Source of the DNA: Octopus sinensis
Lineage: Eukaryota
Reading direction: 5' to 3'
NCBI RefSeq assembly: GCF_006345805.1
Contig: NC_043000.1
Span: 126,232,001 to 126,296,000 of the forward strand
Length of the DNA: 64,000 nucleotides
Below are positions 47,226-58,859 of this stretch, piece after piece (the first letter of the stretch is position 1; the number at the start of each line of letters is the position of its first letter). The notes beneath the pieces are model-generated. The model ran no database searches, was not told the DNA's origin, and saw only the letters and a list, made by a program, of their open reading frames with translations. Both the position numbers and the translations under genes were made by a program.

Positions 47226-47845
47226 CTAATAAAATAGAAAAACAAAAATGAGGCACTTTCTAAATTAATTTTTCTCTTCGCGCTAACCATTTCACATACA
47301 CGTCACTTGGCCAATCATGTGAGAGTGGGACTTTAATGTCATTTATTTATTCGTTCAATTATATCTCCTCAATTTTCTGTCATGTCTTTAATTCCTTACT
47401 GTCTTCTAAATATCCACCAGCATCGGAATGATGCCTCCACCTTCATGTTTGCATGGGTCAGATGGAATCCATCAAGACATATTATTTAGAATTGGGTGCC
47501 TTTCTTGTTGCCAAACCTTGCCTGTTTCCAAATAAGGTAATATTTCTCCTTGGCTAGACTTGTTTTCATGCTAGACTGGAAATGAATGGTATCACTTTCA
47601 TGATGGTGTCACCTGTTCATAATGTCAAGAAAACAAGACACAAACACATGCATCACTCACACATATACAACGGGCTTGTTTCAGTTTCTTTCTACCAAAT
47701 CTACTCACAAAGCTTTGACCATCATGAGGCTACAACAGAAGACACTTACCTAAAGCAATGTAAATGGGACTGAACTCGAAACCACATGGTTGGGAAGCTA
47801 ACTTCTTAAACATACAGCCATGCTTGTACTGCAATACATATGCAT

Positions 47846-47881
<36 letters not shown>

Positions 47882-48103
47882 AAATAAGAAAATGGAGAAA
47901 TACATCCAAATCAAATATCAATTACCAGATAATACCCAATCACATACTTTATTAAACCACCACATAAGAAACTTTAAGGACAAACATAATAATGTAGAAC
48001 AAAACAGTGTACATAAAGGAGTGTACATAAAGGAGTAATGTTATACAATAAGTACAATATATATAAGAGAATATAAATATAAATAAATATAAATATAGAC
48101 TAC

Positions 48104-48230
48104 ATCTTACAGCTGTTTCGGCCATGCAGGTAAGTATGTCTCATTTTACTTATATTAGCCATTTATGGTAGGTCAATATGCAGTTATAAATGAGACATTT
48201 ATAAAAATATCCTAAGGCCTCTTTGGAGAT
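48104..48230 (-). ncRNA. Degenerate hammerhead with large loop II insert (left arm)
   Basis: Inverted copy of 52044-52170 with the same CCAAAGA core. Confidence 0.45.
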
Positions 48231-48368
48231 TATGTGATACAAATCAGATTACATACACACTTATATAGGTGTGGGTACATACCCATAATAAAACATATAC
48301 ATATACATATGAGTGCATATACTCATACTCCTATACATATAAATATACATATACATAAGGATATAAAT

Positions 48369-48523
48369 GATCATCATCATCATCATCATCGTCGTTTAAC
48401 GTCCGTTCTCCATGCTAGCATGGGTTGGACGGTTCGACTGGGGTTCTGGGAAGCCAGAAGGCTGCACCAGGCTCCAGTCTAATTTGGCAATGTTTCTACA
48501 GCTGGATGCCCTTCCTAACGCCA
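48369..48523 (-). mobile_element. Short RTE-tail insertion present only in the left arm of the large inverted repeat
   Basis: Absent at the mirror position (about 51910); flanked by atataaat on both sides. Confidence 0.8.
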
Positions 48524-50220
48524 TAATATAAATAATATAAATCAATAAACATACTTATGTTCCACATTCAATGTTACAGTTTTTCAACTTAATATTGTGA
48601 TAATTACAATGTAGAAAAACATACACATATTAATACTTAAATGCAGATATACAGAGTCAAGAGTACATTATATTAATTCTTAACAATTTCCAAAATGTCA
48701 TTAATGTTAGCATCATTATCATTGTCATTACCACTAATGCTACCAATATCATCATTCATATTATTATTAATAACGCTAATACTAGAAAACAATATATAGA
48801 TTCCATTATTAGCAATATAGTCACAATAGTACTACAATACCATGCAAAGTGTTAAATATCTGCATATAGATACGAAATAAAAGCATTCTGTGTACACGAC
48901 ATTAAGATTCACAGGTGCACAGATGTACTTCCGAGTTCAGATTCATAATTTCCATTGTGACACAAATACACTATTACTTTCAGAATAGTTACGAATCTAG
49001 CGCTAAAATATGATTGGCTAGTGGATTTGAATTTAAATTACCATTGTCTTCTTTACAGTTGGTTTGTTGAGAGCGTTACATTTCTACTAAACTAGCTTAG
49101 GCATGGGAAAAACTATACCAACATACACATACATATACATATACATATGAACACATTTCGACATATCCACCTATATTTACTAAATTACAAAATATATGTC
49201 TGCCCATCAAAGGAGGTATACATACATACACAATAAGTAAACAGAAATTACTATTAATTAAGATATAAGTAAATTAATTATAAATTAAATTAATTATAAA
49301 TTAATAAGTGCCAAAAAAAGAAGGATGAATGAATAAATAAATAAATAAATAAATGAATAAAAATACAAATAAAAATAAATAAATAAATAATTAAATAAAT
49401 AATAAATAAATAGAAATATATATATATATATATCTATGTATAGATAAATAGATAAATAAAATAAAATACAAATTAAGATGAGTACAAAGATAAACTTAAT
49501 ATATGAGGCTGCCAAACAAATACATGCAAAAAACTTATATGCTCATCGAAATAAACAACGTATACTAATTATAGACTCACATTTGTTACATATTGGTATA
49601 ACAAAAACCCAAACCAGTGCCCTAAGATATGATGCGCATATACACCCTACACCCATAATAGACTCTGTGAAGATCAGAATATCATGCATATTGATAGAAA
49701 TAAAAAATGTTCTTTATGTATCAATGAAATTTTCTTCATCATCAAGGCTGGCCTACCCATTATTAATAACATTAACGAGCAAATTTTTTTTTGCCTTCAC
49801 AAATTAGCGTATACTTTCTCTAGATTTAAATAACACGTAATTTTTCTACCAGTAATCTTTTAACATTCCTCTATATAGGACTGTACTATTGGTCCTTATA
49901 ATTTATAATTTTGTATCTCCATATATGTTCTATATTGATTGTTATTGTCCCGACTTGAAAAATATACTGAAATATATAGTTATTCTGATATATAGTCTTT
50001 TATGGGTGTAGGGTGTATATGCGCATCATATCTTAGGGCACTGGTTTGGGTTTTTGTTATACCAATATGTAACAAATGTGAGTCTATAATTAGTATACGT
50101 TGTTTATTTCGATGAGCATATAAGTTTTTTGCATGTATTTGTTTGGCAGCCTCATATATTAAGTTTATCTTTGTACTCATCTTAATTTGTATTTTATTTT
50201 ATTTATCTATTTATCTATAC

Positions 50221-50279
<59 letters not shown>

Positions 50280-50559
50280 TTCTATTTATTTATTTATTTA
50301 TTTAATTATTTATTTATTTATTTATTTTTATTTGTATTTTTATTCATTTATTTATTTATTTATTCATTTTTATTTGTATTTTTATTCATTTATTTATTAT
50401 TTATTCATTCATTCTTCTTTTTTTTGGCACTTATTAATTTATAATTAATTTAATTTATAATTAATTTACTTATATCTTAATTAATAGTAATTTCTGTTTA
50501 CTTATTGTATATGTATGTATACGTCCTTTGATGGGCAGACATATATTTTTGTAATTTAG

Positions 50560-51271
50560 TAAATATAGGTGGATATGTCGAAATGTGTTCATATGTATAT
50601 GTATGTGTATGTATGTATATGTATGTTCATAGATGGATATATATGTATATGTTTTTCTTATGCATATGAGAACGCAAGTACGTTTTTAAATATGTATATA
50701 TGTATATGCGAATACTTGCAGACACAGTACATGAGAGTGTATTAATGTCTATAGGTCTAAAAGTGTTCATATGTATATGAATGTGTATGTATGTTTTTGT
50801 ATGTATATGTGTATTCATGAGTGGATATATATATGTTTTTCTTATACGTATGAGTGCGCAGAAATATATTTAAATATGTATATGCGAATGTTTGCAGACA
50901 CAGAGTATGAGAGTGTATAAATGTTTATAGATATGTGCGGATGTGCGTGTGAGTATGCGTGTGAGTGTATAAACGTTGCTATAGATTTCCCTGCCTGTGC
51001 TGGTTTATCTATACGCCATTTGATGACAGACATATATTTTGTAATTTAGTAAATATATGTGGATATGTCGAAATGTATTCATATGTATATATATGTGTAT
51101 GTATGTTTTTGTATGGATATGTATATTCATGGTTGGATATATATGTATATGATTTTCTTATACGTATAAGTACGCAAATGCATATTTAAATGTGTATATA
51201 AGTATATGCGAATGTTTGCAGACACAGTGCATGAGAGTGTATATGTTTATGTATATGTGCGGATGTGCGTC

Positions 51272-51310
<39 letters not shown>
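50560..51310. repeat. Degenerate tandem array present only in the right arm of the large inverted repeat
   Basis: gcgaat..ttgcagacacag at about 50708, 50884, 51208; cagacatatattttgtaatttagtaaata at about 50536 and 51027. Confidence 0.75.
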
Positions 51311-51311
<1 letters not shown>

Positions 51312-52043
51312 AATGTTGGTATAGTTTTTCCCATGCCTAAGCTAGTTTAGTAGAAATGTAACGCTCTCAACAAACCAACCGTAAAGAAGACAATGGTAAT
51401 TTAAATTCAAATCCACAAGCCAATCATATTTTAGCGCTAGATTCGTAACTATTTCTGAAAGTAATAGTTTATTTGTGTCAAAATGGAAATTATGAATCTG
51501 AACTCGGAAGTACATCTGTGCACCTGTGAATCTTAATGTCGTGTACACAGAATGCTTTTATTTCGTATCTATATGCAGATATTTAACACTTTGCATGGTA
51601 TTGTAGTACTATTGTGACTATATTGCTAATAATGGAATCTATATATTGTTTTTCTAGTATTAGCGTTATTAATAATAATATGAATGATGATATTGGTAGC
51701 ATTAGTGGTAATGACAATGATAATGATGCTAACATTAATGACATTTTGGAAATTGTTAAGAATTAATATAATGTACTCTTGACTCTGTATATCTGCATTT
51801 AAGTATTAATATGTGTATGTTTTTCTACATTGTAATTATCACAATATTAAGTTGAAAAACTGTAACATTGAATGTGGAACATAAGTATGTTTATTGATTT
51901 ATATTATTTATATCATTATGTGTATGTATATTTATATGTATAAGAGTATGAGTATATGCACTCATATGTATATGTGTATGTTTTATTATGGTTATGTACC
52001 CACACCTATATAAGCGTGTATGTAATCTGATTTGTATCACATA

Positions 52044-52170
52044 ATCTCCAAAGAGGCCTTAGGATATTTTTGTAAATGTCTCATTTATAACTACATATTG
52101 ACCTACCATAAATGGCTAATATAAGTAAAATGAGACATACTTATCTGCATGGCCGAAACAGCTGTAAGAT
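52044..52170 (+). ncRNA. Degenerate hammerhead with large loop II insert (right arm)
   Basis: ATCT-CCAAAGA-GGCC-[92 nt]-GGCC-GAAA-C-AGCT-G-TA-AGAT; core CCAAAGA departs from CUGANGA at two positions. Confidence 0.45.
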
Positions 52171-52568
52171 GTAGTCTATATTTATATTTATTTATATTTA
52201 TATTCTCTTATATATATTGTACTTATTGTATAACATTACTCCTTTATGTACACTCCTTTATGTACACTGTTTTGTTCTACATTATTATGTTTGTCCTTAA
52301 AGTTTCTTATGTGGTGGTTTAATAAAGTATGTGATTGGGTATTATCTAGTAATTGATATTTGATTTGGATGTATTTCTCCATTTTATTATTTTGTATTAT
52401 GAATTTGTGGTAAAACATTTTACCTTTGCCCGTATAATACAGTAAATGAATTAATTGCATCGCAATTCTTAACATTTATGTATTAACTTTGTTGGGTACT
52501 TCACTAGCAATATATTGGATATATGTTATCACATGGAGGGTTGCATTTACAACCCCTATCTCAATTTG

Positions 52569-52602
<34 letters not shown>

Positions 52603-52812
52603 GTTAATCCAAACAAGAAAACACAAAAAAACACAGCAACACGAGGACGTGGAACAAATAAAGTATTATTGGATGCTCAGGAAAGAAGGGAAGAAGGAGG
52701 GTTTAATGTTTCGAGTGGAGCTCTTCGTCGGAAACAAAGGAGAAGGAAAGATCCCGAGAAGGGAAGACAGAGGAAAAAAATTGCTGGCGGTGCTCACGAG
52801 GTCACATGTTGA
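52603..52812 (-). mobile_element. Short (TA)n-flanked element with degenerate hammerhead motif at about 52700-52734
   Basis: Minus strand GTTT-CCGACGA-AGAG-CTCCA-CTC-GAAAC-ATT-AAAC; (TA)n on both sides. Confidence 0.4.
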
Positions 52813-52842
52813 AATATATATTATTATATATATATATATATA

Positions 52843-53300
52843 CTAACTTAAGGTGACCCGCTCTATGCGCGGGTGAGGTTGTGGTTGTTACTTTCTGTTG
52901 CTTCCTTTCTGTTTCTTATCGCTACATTCTCCCCCTTTGTTTCTCTCTCACTTTCCCACTCTCTCATTCTTCATTTCTCTCGGACTTTCCTTCACTTTCT
53001 CTTACTCTCTATCTTTCTCTCTCCCATTTATAATCTTGAGTAGGTTGAGAAAGAAAATATCTTTACGGTTTTTAAACCCTTCATCGTTATTCTCATTCAC
53101 TCATTATTACTTTCTCCCTTCCTTTCACTTTCTCTCTATAACGTCGTTTGATACCGTCTACTATCTTTCCTCCGCCACCTTCGCCAGCGCTGTCACTCTC
53201 TCTCTCTCTCTACGTCTGTCTGCATTAATAGAGAGAATTATCATCACCACCACCACCACCACCACACAATCATGAGAATCATTCTCTTTATATATATAGA
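52843..53300 (-). mobile_element. Non-autonomous Helitron
   Basis: Minus-strand A^TCTATATATATAAAG head; cccgcgcatagagcggg hairpin; TTAG^T end (CTAG variant). Confidence 0.6.
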
Positions 53301-53682
53301 TAGAGAGAGGGGGGAGAGAGAAAGTAATAATGAGTGAATGCAAATAACGTCGAAGGGTTTAAAAAGCGTAAAAATATTGAATGCGGCGGAGGAAAGATAG
53401 TAGACGCTATAGAGAGAAATTGAAAGGAAAGGAGGAAAGAGAGAGAGAGATGGAGGAAGACAGGCAGATAATAGAATGAGATTAGACTTGTCAAAATGTG
53501 CGTTTTCCGATCTAGTAACCACACCTTTCAAGATAGGGATTTCTAACCTAGCTCACTTGCATCCTCACCTCATTTTACATGTCCCTGTAAATTTTGGAGT
53601 CAATCCGACGGGATCTAGTGCCCCTTAACCTGTTCCAATGCCAAAACCAGACAAACTTTTCGCTTTTCAGAATACATATATA

Positions 53683-53958
53683 TCATCATCATCATTGTTT
53701 AACGTCCGTTTTCCATGCTAGCATGGGTTGGACGGTTTTGATTGAGGGCTGGAAACCAGATGGCTGCACCAGGCTCCAGTCTTGATCTGGCAGAGTTTCT
53801 ACAGCTGGATGCTCTTTCTAACGCCAACTACTCCGAGAGTGTAGTGGGTGCTTTTTACGTGCCACCAGCACAGGGGCCAGTCAGGCGGTACAGGCAATGA
53901 CCTCGCTCGAATCTTTTACACGTGCCACCAAATCTTTTACAGGTGCCAGTGAAGTGAT
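53683..53958 (-). mobile_element. RTE-tail retroposon (family B)
   Basis: Conserved tail. Confidence 0.82.
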
Positions 53959-53982
53959 GTTATATATATATATATATATGTA

Positions 53983-56930
53983 AGAATGTACCCCACAACA
54001 TAGACTGGTAGTTAGTGACTTTAGGATCAGGACTAGGAGGACAACCAGAAGACGACAAATATGGAGAAGAAGGATCTGGAAGCTTAAAGATCCTGCAAAT
54101 GGACAGAGATTTAGGGACATATTACTTGAAGCCTCTGACGAAGTAGAAGGGGATAGAGCATCACAGGGGGTAGAAGACAGCTGGACGTTTCTAAGGGACA
54201 ACCTGCTGAGAGCCACTGACCAGATCTGTGGCTGGTGCAAAGTCCCCTCTCGACCTAGAATAACGTGGTGGTGGAACAATATTGTAGACAGGGCTATTAG
54301 AGAAAAGAGACAGGCTTGGAAGGTCTGGAAAAATGGGGCTAGCAGGGGATTGTATCAGACTGCCAAAGAGAAGCTAGGAGACAGGTTTATTTAGCCAGAG
54401 GGGAAGCAGATAAGAAAAAATTGCCAATGTTCTGCGCCGTGAGGACCAAAGACTGGAGGTGTTTCGTGTTGCAAGACAGTGTGTGAGAGAGAATCGTGAT
54501 GTGGTAGGAGAGAAGTGTGTTCGCATGGAAGATGGTTCACTTGCGCTAAATGAGGATGCAAAGAGAGAGGTTTGGAGATGCCACTATGAAAGGTTGCTGA
54601 ATGAAGAAAATGAATGGGATAAAGATAGTCTGCCGAATGTTGACCCAACAGAGGGACCAGCTATCCGAGTTGATAGTTCCGTGGTAGCTAAGGCAATTAG
54701 AAGCATGAAGACAGGGAAAGCCCCAGGCCCATCAGGAATCACTGCAGAGATGCTCAAAATGTCTGGTAGTGTCGGCTATAGCCTAGTCACCTGTATAGTT
54801 AATCAGGTGATACACAAAGGGGTCATACCCAATGACTGGTGTAGCAGTATAATAGTCACTGCTACAAAGGTAAAGGTGATGCCCTAGATACAAATAACTA
54901 CAGAGGTATCAAGCTGTTGGACCAGGTGATGAAGGTTACGGAGAGGGTCATAGCCCAACTAATTAGAGAAAGTTAGTTTAGATGAGATGCAGTTTGGGTT
55001 TGTGCCAGGGAAAAGTACTACTGATGCTATATTCCTGGTAAGGCAGCTGCAGGAGAAATACCTAGCCAAAGATAAGCCCCTGTACCTGGCTTTTGTTGAC
55101 ATGGAGAAAGCCTTCGACAGGGTCCCCCGATCCCTTATCTGGTGGGCAATGAGGAAACTAGGGATAGATGAATGGTTATTGAGAGCTGTGCGGGCCATGT
55201 ACAGGGACGCCGCTAGTAGGGTGAGGGTTGGAAATGTGTACAGTGAAGAATTCCGGGTAGAGGTAGGAGTCCACCAAGGCTCAGTACTCAGCCCCCTCCT
55301 ATTTATCATAGTCCTCCAGGCAATAACGGAGGAATTCAAGACAGGATGCCCTTGGGAGCTCCTCTATGCTGATGACCTTGCTCTAATTGCTGAGTCGCTA
55401 TCAGAACTGGAGGAGAAGTTTCAGGTGTGGAAACAAGGATTAGAATCGAAGGGCCTCAGAGTCAATCTAGCTAAAACCAAAGTCGTAATCAGTAGGAAGG
55501 TAGACAAATCACAAACACCTTCAGGTAGATGGCCCTGCTCGATCTGTAGAAAAGGTGTAGGTAGAAACTCTATAAGATGCACCAAGTGTAAGCTATGGAC
55601 ACATAAGAGATGCAGCAATGTCAAGGAAGGCTAACTAGGAAGATGGTTTTTGTATGTGGCAGATGCTCAGGAACAATAAACCTGAAAATGCTCTGAGACC
55701 AACTTCCGTCACTTTCCAGGGAGAAAAACTAGAAATAGTTGATAGTTTCCGTTACCTAGGTGACCAAGTCAGCAGCGGGGGCGGGTGTGCTGAAAGTGTA
55801 ACTGCTAGAGTAAGAATAGCTTGGGCAAAGTTCAGAGAGCTCTTACCTCTGCTGGTGACAAAAGGCCTCTCGCACAGAGTGAAAGGCAGACTGTATGATG
55901 CGTGTGTACGAACAGCCATGCTACATGGCAGTGAAACATGGGCCGTGACTGCTGAGGATATGCGTAAGCTCGCAAGAAATGAAGCCAGTATGCTCCGATG
56001 GATGTGTAATGCCGGTACTCACACTCGGCAGAGTGTAAGTACCTTGAGAGAAAAGCTGGACCTAAGAAGCATCAGTTGTGGTGTGCAAGAGAGACGTTTG
56101 CGCTGGTATGGTCATGTGGCGAGAATGGATGAAGATAGTTGTGTGAAAAAGTGCCACACCCTAGCGGTTGAGGGAACCTGTGGAAGAGGCAGACCCAGGA
56201 AAACCTGGGACGAGGTGGTGAAGCACGACCTTCGAACTTTAGGTCTCACTGAGGAAATGACTAGAGACCGAGACCTCTGGAAGTGTGCTGTGCGCGAGAA
56301 GACCCGGCAGGACAAGTGAGTCCATAACCCGTGGCCTTCTACATGGGATGGAGCCAGCCTACGTATGCATACCTTCCCTTCTTGGGACACAAAACTCTAC
56401 TTGTGAAGACGTGATGAGGCAAGTGAGGATCAGAATCGAAATCGATCAATGGAAATTGCGGATGTGTAGCTACCAGTGCGGTGGCATTCGAAACTCTGCT
56501 TGTGAAGACCCGTTGAGGCAAGTGACGATCAGAATCGAAATCGATCAATGAAATCAATCAATGGAAATTGCAGATGTGTTACCAGTGCCGGTGGCATGTA
56601 AGAGAACTTTCCGTTTCGCGACCGTTGCCAGCACCGCCCTGTTTCGTGTCCGTTGCCAGCCTCGCCTGGCCCTCGTGCCGGTGGCACATAAAAAGCACCA
56701 TCCGTTCGTGGCCGTTTGCCAGCTCTGTCTGGCACCAGTGCGGGTGGCACGTAAAAAGCACCCACTACACTCACGGAGTGGTTGGCGTTAGGAAGGGCAT
56801 CCAGCCGTAGAAACACTGCCAGATTTGACTGGGCCTGATGAAGCCTTCTGGCTTCACAGACCCCAGTAGAACCGTCCAACCCATGCTAGCATGGAAAACG
56901 GACGCTAAACGATGATGATGATGATGATGA
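53983..56930 (+). mobile_element. 5'-truncated RTE-clade LINE with RT, C-terminus, 3' UTR and (GAT)n tail
   Basis: QFGFVPGKSTTDAIF, FVDMEKAFDRVP, QGSVLSPLLF, YADD, LRWYGHV, GRPRKTW; frameshifts present; ORF ends at 56319. Confidence 0.93.
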
Positions 56931-58054
56931 TATATATATACACACATACGTGTGTGTGTGTGTACATATGTATAATATATATGTGCGTGTGTGTATATGT
57001 ATATCATCATCATCGTTTAATGTCTACTTTCCATGCTGGCATAGGTTGGATAGTTTGAGATAGAACAGGCTAGCAGGGAGCTCTTCAGGCTCCAACTGTC
57101 TGTTGTGGCATGGTTTCTACAGCTGAATGCCCTTCCTAATGACAACCACTTAAAGTGTACTAGGTGCTTTTACATGCCTCTAGCATGGATGTGTTTATGC
57201 AGCACTGGCACAGGTGTGTTAATGCTATCTATTTATTTATTTCATCTCTTTCTAAACATTCCACAGGGTACAATCTATGCACATCCCAATACCAGATTTA
57301 ATCAAGCTAATGGTTGCTCAATCTACTAGAAATGGTAGCCAAATTACCCTCAGATTGTAACCTACAATATTATAAAAGAACTAACACAATAGGAAATGTA
57401 GACCTAGATATACTAAGCCTGAAAATAGAAGATGGAATTATCAAGGACGTAATGCCGTTGAGCAAAAAGGCTGCTCAATTAGAATATCCTTGAGGTTGTG
57501 CAACAAAAGTTCTCAATACATGTAGTCAAGTTATTCAACTATAAGAGAACAAGAGATGGCTATATGCTCATTGTAATATTATAGAAAAGGGAATTCTCAC
57601 TATGTACTGTCGCCCAGTGTCTATAGCCAATGCTCTATGCAGCTGACAATAGAGACAGTTACCTAGTCTACAACTGAAATTTCTTATAACTAGTTTGTTC
57701 ACATGCCTGCTTGTGGACAATAAGTTTGTATTTCCTGTTTAACATATTAAACTGTTGAGTAAAAATTCGATGCATCTGTCAAATATAAACTGCATCTCTT
57801 TGATCCATTTCAATATAGGATTGATGGTTCCAGCATATAGGAAATGTTGGTATCAGCTATTGCTTACTTTCCAGATGTAGCAGGCAAGAGAGGAGTTGAT
57901 TCTATTCTTGGTTCTGTGAGAATAGCAAAGTCACTGTAATCAGTCATTTACAGTAAGTCTGGAAGGAGGTCTCAGAGAAAAGATTCTTTTGTACTTCTGT
58001 CAGTCCTTATAGTGTTACATATAATTCTTAGTGATGTTATCAAGGTTATCATTT

Positions 58055-58543
58055 AAATTATGTTTCCCAAAATCTCAAAATATTTTTCTATTCTATCTCA
58101 GGATTTCGGCATTTCTTGTTCCATTAAATTTATCTTACTTTGAACCCCTAAGAATTTCCTCCTTCTCCCAAGTGGTGTATTTACTGCTTGAGCCCCCCCT
58201 CTCTCTCTCCCTCTCTATCTCACTTCGATTTACCATCTGTTGTACCAACACTTTCCCCCCTAACCCTAATTCTATATAAACTAGTGCAAACCCTGTTTTT
58301 CCCCTACTCGATTTGCAATCCCCCTGCTGTTGGAACACAGATCTCAGAAGATGCTGAGATAAGGAAAAACTTTGACTTCTCAACCATCGTTCATGTTCTC
58401 CATGTTTCATGCATAGATCATAACCCTACCCCCCTCCTCGCTCTCTATTATATATCTATCTCGTATCATGTAAACATAGTACCGATAGATTCGTCTGTTA
58501 ATCGCAATGTTTTACTTATTTATTTATTTATTTGTCTATCCTA
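58055..58543. mobile_element. Unclassified 489-bp insertion with 16-bp target-site duplication
   Basis: atcaaggttatcattt at 58039-54 and 58544-59; (TTTA)n near right end. Confidence 0.55.
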
Positions 58544-58859
58544 ATCAAGGTTATCATTTTGTTCATTCATTCTCTCTAAATTTGTTAAACCATAGTATAC
58601 AAGGGCAGAAGTCTGTGCTCTAGTCTAACATTGCTGATTCGCGGTACACCCGCCCTCCCACCCCTCCATCTTTACCGGAAGTCCCTAACCTATGTCTTCC
58701 TCGTTTACCTCCCACGAACACTTCTAAGGGCCAAATGCCACCCACACCCCTTTCTAAGGGCAAAATTCCCACCCCCACCCCTATGTAGGGCCTACTTGAT
58801 CATATAGCGCATGAAAATGGTGTAGTGTTCGTCAGTTGTAGTTTAGTGTTTCTTATGAA

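Larger units (their letters stand above)
47877..52397 (+). mobile_element. Penelope-like element relic forming a 4.5-kb inverted repeat (arms 47877-49663 and 49995-52397, 331-bp spacer)
   Basis: Arms are reverse complements (the ORF track gives mirrored peptides MSTKINLIYEAAK and KMEKYIQIKYQL); spacer encodes a Cys/His tail motif; each arm holds a degenerate hammerhead. Inverted repeat is certain; Penelope identity is inferred. Confidence 0.6.

Noticed and set aside
49478-50180. Mirror ORFs MSTKINLIYEAAKQIHAK on both strands
   Set aside because: By-product of the inverted repeat; no recognisable domain in that frame
57868-57933. Possible upstream sortilin exon (ttacag...gtaagc; DFAILTEPRIESTPLLPATSGK)
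   Set aside because: Only open in phase 2 to 2, whereas w1 needs a phase 0 partner; poor pyrimidine tract; no resemblance to the expected W.G..G segment. Not excluded as a propeptide exon without RNA data.
58256-58270. ccctaaccctaa telomere-like motif
   Set aside because: Only two units
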